DNA from: Basidiobolus meristosporus CBS 931.73
Lineage: Eukaryota; Fungi; Basidiobolomycota
Direction: 5' to 3'
Assembly (NCBI GenBank): GCA_002104905.1
Contig: MCFE01000080.1
Coordinates: 1 to 64,000, forward strand
Length of the DNA stretch: 64,000 nucleotides
The notes under the pieces are model-generated. The model was not told where the DNA came from. It searched no databases and worked only from the letters and a program-made list of their open reading frames with translations. Shown here piece after piece: positions 14,501 to 24,667 of the stretch; position 1 is the first letter of the stretch; each line of letters starts with the position of its first letter. The translations under genes were made by a program, and so were the position numbers.

Positions 14501-15082
14501 GGTATTATACCGATAGGTGAATGACTAGATTCCATTTGGCACAGGATCTGTATACCACAAGGAGGCGGAGCGCTTAAAGGGCTTTGAATCCACTATAACA
14601 GAAAGCCGCCTCTGTCCAAAATCAACGCAATCACGCCCGCCGAGTAAATACAAGAGTATCCAGATTTCTGAATCACAAGGAAAGTCAATGTAGGCATGAA
14701 TGTAGGTACAAACTTGGAGAATCAAGTGGATACAAGCATTGGCTTCCATGTAACTATCAAAAAGCACGTCTCGGGGTAGTGCTGATCAGCTCCACAAACC
14801 CAACGTTCTGAATTGTAAAGACCACGACTACCCATGTGGCTTGCTGGTCATGAGTATGATTAGCACCTCTTACTAGATGATTTATTCATATGTTCATTTG
14901 CCTCGGCATATCCAGCTAGATCAACACGTCAGCCAGTGATCCATGGTCCAACTTCAGTCTACAGCAATTCCTTGAATTAGGATCCTCTCAATTGCTTACC
15001 GAAATCATCATTTTTTTTACAATAATTTTGCTTTTCTAATTTGGTGAAAGCTATCTATACTTGTGACATCGACTACTAGATA

Positions 15083-17389
15083 ATGTTCTTACAACGTCTT
15101 GGCCACTTCAAGTCCTTAGTAAGAAACAACTCGGTCTTAACTAATCGCCTGCTCACTCTTAGAATATACAACAGCTACCACACCAGCAATCCTCGCATGC
15201 CGTGCGATAAATCTAAACGCTCCATTCCCCCAGTTACTACGCCTTACACCTCGACAAATAGACGTGTTATGAATAACCAAAAAAGTTACGGAATAAGTAA
15301 AAATACGGGGCGCAAGATGAAGATCGATCTCAATCAAAAGGAGAGTGAAATATGTGACCTCTTGCATGATGTTGCCTTGAATTTAAAGAAAACCAACCCG
15401 GAGCTCCCTTCGGTTGAATTAAGGGTGGCGGGGGGTTGGGTTCGAGACAAAGTTTGTGTTTGCTCTAAAAAACCGAATTTTCTTGTGGATTCGAGTTGGC
15501 TAACGACAATCCTTTAGTTGCTAGGACTGGAAAGCCATGATTTAGACATTGCCATTAACAGCATGCTTGGCTATGACTTTGCGCTTCATGTAAATGATTA
15601 CTTGAAGAAGAAAGGCTATTCCTCCAAGCACGTGACTAAAATCGCCTCGAATCCCGATAAGTCCAAGCATTTGGAAACAGCAACCTCCATGGTATTTGGG
15701 ATGTCGCTTGACTTTGTGAATCTGAGGGGCGAAGTGCGAGAGGAGAACGGAAGCCCTCTCGAGGCCGTAAGTTTCTACTAGACAGTTGTGCAGCCTATGC
15801 TGTCCGTATCTGACCTTTCCGTGAATAGTCGTTTGGAACTCCCTCCCAAGATGCCTTCCGCCGGGACATTACCATCAATGCGCTCTTCTACAACATACAT
15901 ACCCAGGAGGTGGAAGATTTCACCAACATGGTAAGCTGAAGTTTGCCTACAAAACGGACGCACAGAAACTCACGCCGCCACCGCGCCACAGGGAATCGCC
16001 GATCTAAGTGAAGGGCTGATCCGTACTCCCCTTCCTGCCATCGAGACTTTTAGAGATGATCCACTGAGAGTTCTTCGATGCATTCGTTTTGCTAGCATTT
16101 TTGACTTCGACATAGTGGAGGATATTAAGAAAGTGACTTCGGAGCCAGAAATCATGGTAACACCAGCATTGCAGGCTGTGTTCGGACTCCACTAGCATAG
16201 CTGACCATTGTGACCCATCCATAGAATGCATTGAGCAAAAACATCAGCAGAGAGCGCATTGGCGTCGAGCTGGACAAAATTCTCCGAGGTAGACGGGCTC
16301 CAGACAGAGTGTCTCTTTAGGGAAAAGCGGGGAAACTAACCCTCTCTTCTTGTAAACAGGCCCAAACCCGTTGAAGGGCTTAGAGCTTATACATGGACTG
16401 AATCTGTTCAATGTTGTGTTCACAAAGCCATCCAATGCAACCGCTGATAGCACGCAGGACGAGAGCATAGGATTGCAGCTCTCGAAAACCATCAACTGGT
16501 ATGTGAAAGGCAACGAGGCGAATAGTTCTAGAACGCATGCTTACCAGAGAGATGGCCAGGCTCATTCAGAAGAAACATATCGGCGAAGTGATTCCCAACT
16601 CAACCGAAGAAATCAGATGGCTTTACCTGGCGTCGAACCTCATACCGTTCAAAGACTTGACGTATCAAGAGAAGAAGAGACAGCTCACCGTCGTTCATTA
16701 TTCAATTAGAGAGGGGTTGAAGGTACATGCGGATGTGTGCTGCGCTTCGACCACACGCCACTAACCTGATTGGCCACGTCTTCTTAGTCTTCCAATGTTG
16801 ATATTGATACCACATGCAAGCTGTTCAGTTCGCTGGACTTGATTCGCGAGGCAGTCGAGAGCAACTATAGCAAAGCGTTGGACAGGCCCAAGCTAGGGAT
16901 GCTGCTCAGAGAGATCGGAAACAAGTGGCGGTTGGCGGTGATGTTTTCGTTGGCTAACGACGTTCTACCATATCAGGCAAGATCAAACCAGTTTGAGCAA
17001 GGTTAGTAGGTTTAGCTAGTCAACCTCCGATCAACATGGAAGTGCTCACCCAGCCAGCAGAAGACAAAGCCATGCAACAGGTTATCGAGAAATACCGAAG
17101 GTTCGTTGCGCAAGTTCATGAGTATGGCATCGAGGAATGCTATTCGTGGAAGTACATCGTGGATGTAAGTTGGGCTTGCTAATAGAAATCAGCAAGGCTA
17201 CTCACTCTCTTCGGCAAATCCCCGGCTATTTAGGGAAAGAAGGCAGCCACGCTCCTAGGAATCAAGCCAGGCCCACAAATCAAGGGCATTCTCGAAAAGG
17301 TCATGTACTGGCAGCTTGGGCATCCGGAGGGCACACCAGAGCAATGCGTCGAATTCATCCAGAGCCTAGCACCGGAATCCAAGCAGTGA
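15083..17389 (+). CDS. CCA1: Class II CCA tRNA nucleotidyltransferase, about 10 exons
   Basis: Motifs VAGGWVRDKLLGLESHDLDIA, FGTPSQDAFRRDITINALFYN, DDPLRVLRCIRFAS and SRERIGVE are recovered across GT-AG introns (e.g. 15452-15517, 15767-15828, 15931-15991, 16157-16224, 16289-16359). The last exon reads GKKAATLLGIKPGPQIKGILEKVMYWQLGHP and stops at TGA 17387-17389. Confidence 0.95.
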
Positions 17390-18393
17390 CCTGGGAATGC
17401 AGTATATCACGATGAGTTCGTCCCCGCTTTAAGCGTAACCCCGCCACATAGAAAGTATATCATTGATTAAAATATTTGCAAACAACCAGTGGTTACCTGC
17501 GATTGTATAGAGCATGTGATGGCCAAAAGGCTCAACCCACCGCTATGACTCATTACACAAGCAGGGCAGCGGGATTCAATGGATAGAGTATGGACAGCGT
17601 ATACGTAACTGTGAGCAGGTGCGCCATTAATCCTAATATTGACGCATTTACTCCACATACACCCGTGGATTGCACCAAACAGGTAGATATTGCTAGTGGA
17701 ATTTATGCCGTTTCAGAGGGCCACTTTTCATTTGAATGCAGGCTGCTCGGCTAGCACCACATCCTAGTCATCTGGTCACGCTGGCGTCTCATCCAACAGA
17801 GCTTCTGTATTATACAGATCTGCTGAATAAACCTTTCCACAACGGTAGCACAAGCCATGCCAATAACGACTATCGCGGTGAGGCCGAACCTCGAATCATC
17901 CATGTTCCCCTGGCTCCTGAGGAGAACAGGAGGGGTAAATGGAAATCCCACCCATGATCCTCGGTAATCATCAGTGCTCGTACACATTGCACCATGGCTT
18001 GAATTCGGATATCAGGAAGAAACCCATCCTCAGAGCTGACTCTTGATGCTATATCGATTGCATAACCAGTTATCAAACCAGTTTCTCTTGGGATTGTACG
18101 GAAAACCATCAGAAATTAAAGTATGAGCGTCTTTTTCCCTGCCATCCCTCTCTCACCCGTCTCTCAACTCTTATTATAATTACCGTTTAATCCCTCCGAG
18201 CTCTATTTAGCGCTTGTACCCCCGCCCTAACATATTCATATATACCTATTTCCTCATCTCCACGCACTCTGCAGAGTGACCAGGCGTAAGTGTGCATTTT
18301 ACTCTTGTCCTTCTGACCTTACTTTTTACCTTGCCTTGGCGAAGCATTCCCAGTCCGCTTGATTGAGCATTTTTATGTCAGCTTGAGAAAGAG

Positions 18394-18609
18394 ATGTACT
18401 CCTCAGCAATCATCACCAACAACAGCCAGACCACAGTTGCGTCTCCAAAGCAGGATTTGGAGGAGGAGCTAGACGACCCCATGGAGCTAGATGAGGACAA
18501 CAACACACCGGTCATACCGGAGTACGCACTTCGACGGAGAGGCGCCATAGCCGTGGTGGACAAGTCGGTGCAATCCTTCTTTGCCACCCGAATACCCAGC
18601 GGAAACTGA
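18394..18609 (+). CDS. 71-aa acidic microprotein with an RRRGAI PKA-pseudosubstrate-like motif
   Basis: ATG-initiated ORF. A plausible 5'-UTR intron (GTAAGT 18286 to CAG 18381) ends 12 nt before the ATG, with TATATA near 18240 and a pyrimidine-rich leader. No homologue is recognised. Confidence 0.55.
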   Translation: MYSSAIITNNSQTTVASPKQDLEEELDDPMELDEDNNTPVIPEYALRRRGAIAVVDKSVQSFFATRIPSGN

Positions 18610-20105
18610 GCCCCGCGCTCACAATTTCCCATTTTTTTGTATATTCCTTTCTTATTCATTAGGCTAGCTCTACGCTTCATTCATCTCTGGAGATAGCTGA
18701 GTAAATGTTTATTTTCGCTTTGAAACATCATTTTGAGCCTTACGGCCTTGTCTTGAACTGTGGGTGAGGCGGATACTGACCTTCATCTGCCAACCACCGA
18801 CCAACGCAAGTGAGCAGCCCATCGTATACAACAGTGCGGCTCTAGTCAGAGCGTAGCTACGAGACACCCAGGCCAGAGATCAATGGGGGGGGGTCCACTT
18901 ATATAAGTGGAATTTCACGCTAGCAAGAGTCAGATTTGTTTACCCATTATTGAACGAGCCGGTGGTGAGGTTCGATAGGGGCCGGATTGGTTGCTGAAAT
19001 GCCCGTGTAACAACATAGAAATTTTTCACTCCCCAGCATCGTATATGGCCAGCGTGTATGCTAGTGTTCACCCACCAGCAGGACATCCAGACCCATGTCA
19101 AGACCGGTTAGAGAGGACTAGATCAGAACAAATCCCATTTTCCTCATCCACAGGCCGGCCGCATCACGGTTGCGCGTCAGCGACGGCCAGCTTCATTCAT
19201 AAGCTTGTGCCACCGTAGCATTGCCTGGAGATGCTGTGAATCTTCGGTGCTTACTCCATGATGCAAGATGCCCGTGATTGCGCAAACAAGTCGCCCATCG
19301 GGTGATCCAGCTGCCAATGCCTGGCAACTGGTAATTCTAGCCAGTGGAACCAGTTCACCCCGTCTAAAAGGGTGGTAGCTAGCCCCATCATTTCCATGGT
19401 AGCAACGGCGGCATCATTCAATTCGCAGGCCGATTGCTGTATATAGATGAGTCGTTACTAGTTCCATGGCAATTGGGGTCACAGATACACCGTGCCAATC
19501 CTTGCCTCTTGTGACCAAGATGGCACATTTCCATGATGTGGGGGTCATTGCTGCTCCCTTACATTAGGCAAGGGACTTGGGATGGGAAGCCCCTGGCCAA
19601 TGTCCGGAAGCAGATCAGGCTGGAGATTGGGTTTTGGAGGATGTCTCTGGAGAAACCCAGTTGCAATCCCCTCAGTGCGCAACGGGCGTGGGGCATGACC
19701 CTTTCACTGGGTCATTGCAAGACCACGAGGTGGTGGTTGAGACATCGCGCATGCAGTGCCTCGGCAATGGAATTCCAAGGATTGTAACAATAAGGGTTTA
19801 TGAGTTGCACTGAAACCTTGGAGTCAGGTTCAAAGCGGTCGCAGCGGAGGAAATGATTCAATCATGTCCAAGTAGGCCCATCGCTCAATTTAGAGTGAAA
19901 CAACTCTATCTATCCTGTGCAGGATCCCATCGCCCACTGGATGCCGTCATCGCAGAGCATCAGGAATCGCTTCATTCTTGGTAGTAGCATTTGATGTGCT
20001 TTCGTGCAACTCGAGTTCGTCTATAAAGCCCTAGGTGTGATGGCCGCCTGCAACCAACCCAACGAACATAACGTCCATTACCCCCACTCGTTGCAGTCGT
20101 TAACG

Positions 20106-20969
20106 ATGTCCAGTACGGCGGTCCTCAGCATTGCCCCCATCCACGAGTTTCCTCATGTCGCAGACCTCGACGCACATCAGGATCTCTCAAAGCCACTTGA
20201 TTCCCAACCCACCAGCCTCCCCGACCCCTCAGCCAAAATCGCCGAGTATGTTCGAACGGTGCAATTCCCTGGCAAGGCGGAGTTCCGGGAGATCCTGGCT
20301 GATCGTCAGCGAACCAACGATCTGTATCAATATATCCTAGAGACCCGCAAGACCCTCGATCATCTAACCAAAGAGTGTGAAGACGCTCGCACCCAATGCA
20401 TCAGCGAGCTGCCTGAGAGCTGGACGGTGCGTATCTCGCCTTACTTCGAGGACGCACATCAGATGGCCATCCAGCGGTTTCATGCCCCTCAGTCTTCCTA
20501 CTTCCTGCCATCCCATGACGAGCAGATCTTGGCGCTTGTAAGGCAGTGGAACGTCTTTCCAGAGTCCATCTTTGCCTTCCCCCACGGCCGCGAGAGAATC
20601 CTGGCATGGATCAAGACCACCTACGAGCTGGAACGCGCAGCGGTGCGCAACAAAATCCTTGGGCTTCGAATGAGCACGCGCAAGAACCGCAAACTCAATG
20701 GCAAGAAGCTGAGCCAGGAGCTGCTTCGCTCCACCAGGCTTCCCGTGACTCTTCAGTCCATCCAGAAAGCTGTGTTGCTGCGCCATCTGGCCAAGATGTC
20801 TGGTGCCTGGGATGGTATCAGAGCCCCCGACACCACACAGAGGCAGCAGCAATTTTGGCTGGACTACCTTCAAGAGTTGCACACCCTTCGTGCCATGGCC
20901 CGTCACAAGGCCGAAGCCCGTCTCTCCAAGGTATTGAAGGAGGACCAGAGAAATCACGGGCCTTATTAA
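20106..20969 (+). CDS. Uncharacterised intronless protein (about 287 aa from ATG 20106; the frame is open from 20004)
   Basis: Long GC-rich ORF with natural, helical-looking composition. TATAAA at 20022-20027; another in-frame ATG at 20040. Confidence 0.7.
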   Translation: MSSTAVLSIAPIHEFPHVADLDAHQDLSKPLDSQPTSLPDPSAKIAEYVRTVQFPGKAEFREILADRQRTNDLYQYILETRKTLDHLTKECEDARTQCISELPESWTVRISPYFEDAHQMAIQRFHAPQSSYFLPSHDEQILALVRQWNVFPESIFAFPHGRERILAWIKTTYELERAAVRNKILGLRMSTRKNRKLNGKKLSQELLRSTRLPVTLQSIQKAVLLRHLAKMSGAWDGIRAPDTTQRQQQFWLDYLQELHTLRAMARHKAEARLSKVLKEDQRNHGPY

Positions 20970-21854
20970 TGGTATTAGGGCCAGAGTTGACTTGTCCTCT
21001 GCAGCTATTAATTGAACAATGATCTTTCGTGTAACATCGGTTTCAAATTGAATCAGCCTTCATGGCTCGAGGTCTCAGAGCAGAGTCGATTGCCTGTATA
21101 TTTGTATTGCTAACTAAAATGTATTTCTGGTTAAACCATCGATCCATCTTCGCCTACCTCGCTGATATTATGGTGGCTGATCTTTCATGAATCCATCTTT
21201 CTGACAAACAATCAGCACTGCTGATGTGAGCGTGTACAAAGAAACCATATACGGGTTGTCCCAGTAGGGCCGGGTGCGTTTCCACCAAGGATCCTGCGGG
21301 TTGCCACTGGTTTGTCCGGATGCGCTTCATACCAGAGGCGAAGCTGTGGTCATGGAGCACACGGAGTGTGTGTGGAGTGCAGATCATGGCCGTCTCCAGA
21401 TGCGGGTTCGCATTTCAGGTTTTCTCTTCCTTTTGGAGGGATTCCAAGAGATGGCCAAAATCCTTGATACACTACGGCACATAGGATTACTCGATTCCCG
21501 AATCGGTTTACCAGAGGCACGCCATTCACTTGATTGTCCTGCAATGAGGCAACAGTAGGGTCCTTTGTTGGATAGCCCTTATAATATGCATGCAGGTGAT
21601 TAAACAACTCTTTATCCGACCATTCGCGCAGGCGGAACGAGCGTTGTGTAGGTGGCTACTCGAGGGTGGATTACGCTCGTTGTTGGGGTTTGTATAAGAT
21701 GGACTCGGCGGTACGTGCACAAAAGCTATTTTCAAAGATTTTGGGAGATTCAATATCGACCCCTTCACAAGAGCGTATAATCTACGCGGAATGCTGCACT
21801 AGCTGGTGAGTCCAGCATTATTCTATTCCATTGAATCCAAAGATTGCTGCTATT

Positions 21855-22520
21855 ATGAGCCTGTATTCGACATTCCACCCTTCTGATCATGTCACTACTC
21901 CTTTGGTGCATGACGACAGTTCCATGCGATACTCTGGTAGCCCACCCACCATCCCACCGAAAGTGTACACTATCCGTAGACTCGAGTATGGCCCAGGCAC
22001 TCTGGAATATGAACTCACACTCGACTATTTAAGACGATCTCGGAGTGTAGAGATATTCCGTAGAGAATGCAACCGACAGCCATCTCATCCCATCTCCCCT
22101 AACTTACGTCATCTTCCCATGTGTTGCGTATCCCTTCCTCCCAATCCGGTAGACTCGGCATTTACCCAACATGAATGCACCACCACGGGGGAGGAGGAGG
22201 GAGATGAGAAACTAGACATGTTGGATGTAAACGAGGACACCCCTGCTCCTCCATCACTCCAGCAGCTAAGACAGTGCTTCAGACCCGACTCACTTGGCCA
22301 AATCGACATTGAGAGCCAACAACCCATCATCCCTGCCGGATCGCTGCTCTTTTTGTTTGGCTTCATATTCATGCCTCTCTGGTGGCTTGGCTCCTACTAC
22401 CCCAACCCTTCCAGCTTGGAAATCCACCTGCAATGGCGATGTTATAATCGTATGATGTCCGTCGTTTCGATCTTTCTGTGCTGCTTCGTTATTGCGATGC
22501 TCGTCTGGTGGTTGAATTAA
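21855..22520 (+). CDS. Uncharacterised membrane protein with two C-terminal transmembrane segments
   Basis: Low-complexity N-terminus, then LLFLFGFIFMPLWWLGSY..WRCYNRMMSVVSIFLCCFVIAMLVWWL, a pattern common in fungal C-terminally anchored proteins. First in-frame ATG at 21855. Confidence 0.75.
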   Translation: MSLYSTFHPSDHVTTPLVHDDSSMRYSGSPPTIPPKVYTIRRLEYGPGTLEYELTLDYLRRSRSVEIFRRECNRQPSHPISPNLRHLPMCCVSLPPNPVDSAFTQHECTTTGEEEGDEKLDMLDVNEDTPAPPSLQQLRQCFRPDSLGQIDIESQQPIIPAGSLLFLFGFIFMPLWWLGSYYPNPSSLEIHLQWRCYNRMMSVVSIFLCCFVIAMLVWWLN

Positions 22521-23290
22521 GATTTGGATTTTAAGTGATCCCTGCTCAATCCAGTCAGAAGGTATATTTCCTGATAGAATCATGGTTGATAGTCAGACGG
22601 CACATGCTCCATAGAATGGGTATTTAGACATCAGATGCATACATATATATAAAGTTATTTACCAAATTCAAACATGTATCTGGTAGAGTGGTCATTCTCG
22701 TTTAATGTAGCTATAGGAGGGGTGAAACCCACATAGGATGATCAAGTAATGATTTCTAGGCAACCTTGTGCTGAACAGATGTTGCTCAAAGCCAACTCAC
22801 TGTATGGCGGGTGGACAAATCATGATGCAGCGCTGATGTATTATTAATCGAGCCAGTCTCAATGAACCTACGTCGAACCTTTCCGTGAAAGTCCACATGG
22901 CTACGTGTGGCATGTGTGGAGAGATGATCATGGCCGCATTAATCGTGCAGTAGGATTGAGAGACCGAGTTGACCGTCCTACATGACCTAATCTAACGATG
23001 GCTGCTTCTCCTATCCACTGCTAAGCCATACGCAATGTTGATTACTGGTTCAACCCCTCCCCCTCCATATTTCCCACTAATTCCTTGAATTTCTGATATT
23101 TCCATGTTTTATGCAGCATTATTCCTGCATCAAAAGATTCGTAAAGGGCTCATGAGTTGGGGAGCTTTGAAATTCTAATCATTGCAGTTTTACTATACAC
23201 TTTTCAACTCATCAATAAGGGTCAAAGGGTAAGGGATAAGGCTGATTGTGACTTGAACCACATATCTGTATAAATGTGGTCGTGCTCTGC

Positions 23291-24667
23291 CTAGTCAATG
23301 TTGATTCCTTTAATAGCCATCATGGCGGTTAGGGCTGCTCCTACTCCACTACCATCCTTGGCCAACACCAACTGTATTTTCTTGGCAGTGTCCTTGCCTA
23401 GAAGTTGCTCAAGAACCTTGATCAACGACTCCTTGAATCCAGGCAAGAATTGATACACTGTTCCGTCAATACCAACTGTCACCTTTTCCGCGAGAAGATC
23501 CTTCCGCTTCAAAAGCACAGCTGCCAGTGCTGCTCCACTAAGCTGCGCTGCTCTCTCGGATACTAATTGAGCCACCGACTTCACCAAGAGTCGATCTCCA
23601 GCTGAGGTCTCGGGGATTCCCATTGTATTCTCCAAGATCAGCTTGACCTCCTCAAGATCCGCACTGTTATCAGAAATGATCGATGAGACATAAGCTGTGT
23701 CGAAGTTGAACGGCTTGTTCATCTCTGTCGAGCAGTGTGATCCGAAGATGATGTTACGGTCTATCAGGTCGATAAGTATGTTGCGCGTAATCTCTCCAAG
23801 ATACAGTCCAGAGATCATCTTCTCAAAGATTTGATGGAATGGTGCAGGGGATGAGTTGTCCAAGCGATTGTCATACTTCGTCACTGGAAGGACCTTCTTG
23901 TCGTTGCCAAAGGCTCCCCACTCCATGTTCACAATCATCTCCGCCTCGTCATTGGGCCCATCCCACTTGGGAATGGCCTCAATCCGCTCAAGGTACGCGG
24001 TGTTGGTGCCTGTACCAAAGATCACACCAGCAGTGGTTGTGGGCTCGGCGTATCCAGCAGCGAGAAGTGTTCCGACCGTGTCGTTCACCAGCGCAGCAAC
24101 CTTGATCTTGTTCAAGTGCTTGCGGTTCAAGGCATCCTGCAGCAGCTGGGCCACATCATGGCCAACCACGTTGGTTGCTGTGAAGCTCTTGGTCCATTGC
24201 AAGAGTTTGCCACGGTTGATAGCAGTCTGGTTGATTGGGAAAGAGAAGGTGAAGCCAAGCGGGATGACCGCAGCTTGTCGTAGTAGTTCAGCTTCAGCAC
24301 GTGAGGTAATAAAATCCTCAACACATTCAGCAAGAAAATCGAAAAGGTATTTTCCATCGCCAGTCTTATGCTCCAAAGAGAGAGCATATTTCTGTTGAGT
24401 CACTTCAAATTCTCCACCTCCTTTCAAATTCACCTGGCAAACACGAAAATTGGTCCCACCGAGGTCAAGTGCCAGATATGCCCCGGTCTCTTTGCCTGTG
24501 GGACGACCAGTGACATAGCTGGGAATCATGGCAAGGTTCTGACCGTTCGCTTTCAGTCCATCCTCCATGGCTTTTATAAAACTATCGACGATCTCGCGAA
24601 GTTTGGCCTCCGGAAGGTTGAACTGGGATTCAAGCTCGCGGAATGCAGAATTCTGTTTTTCGTCCAT
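23291..24667 (-). CDS. HXK: Hexokinase, copy A (intronless)
   Basis: Motifs ALDLGGTNFRV, PLGFTFSFP, WTK, VNDTVGT, GTGTN, NMEWGAF, FEKMISGLYLGE and DGSGVGAA. First ATG at 24667; TATATAA about 50 nt upstream. Confidence 0.97.
   Translation of the reverse strand: MDEKQNSAFRELESQFNLPEAKLREIVDSFIKAMEDGLKANGQNLAMIPSYVTGRPTGKETGAYLALDLGGTNFRVCQVNLKGGGEFEVTQQKYALSLEHKTGDGKYLFDFLAECVEDFITSRAEAELLRQAAVIPLGFTFSFPINQTAINRGKLLQWTKSFTATNVVGHDVAQLLQDALNRKHLNKIKVAALVNDTVGTLLAAGYAEPTTTAGVIFGTGTNTAYLERIEAIPKWDGPNDEAEMIVNMEWGAFGNDKKVLPVTKYDNRLDNSSPAPFHQIFEKMISGLYLGEITRNILIDLIDRNIIFGSHCSTEMNKPFNFDTAYVSSIISDNSADLEEVKLILENTMGIPETSAGDRLLVKSVAQLVSERAAQLSGAALAAVLLKRKDLLAEKVTVGIDGTVYQFLPGFKESLIKVLEQLLGKDTAKKIQLVLAKDGSGVGAALTAMMAIKGINID

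Noticed and set aside
23839-24398. Long antisense ORFs duplicated in both hexokinases (also 27862-28301) and antisense ORFs over 20364-20957 and 31615-32163
   Set aside because: These are shadows of GC-rich coding strands; their duplication simply reflects the inverted repeat.
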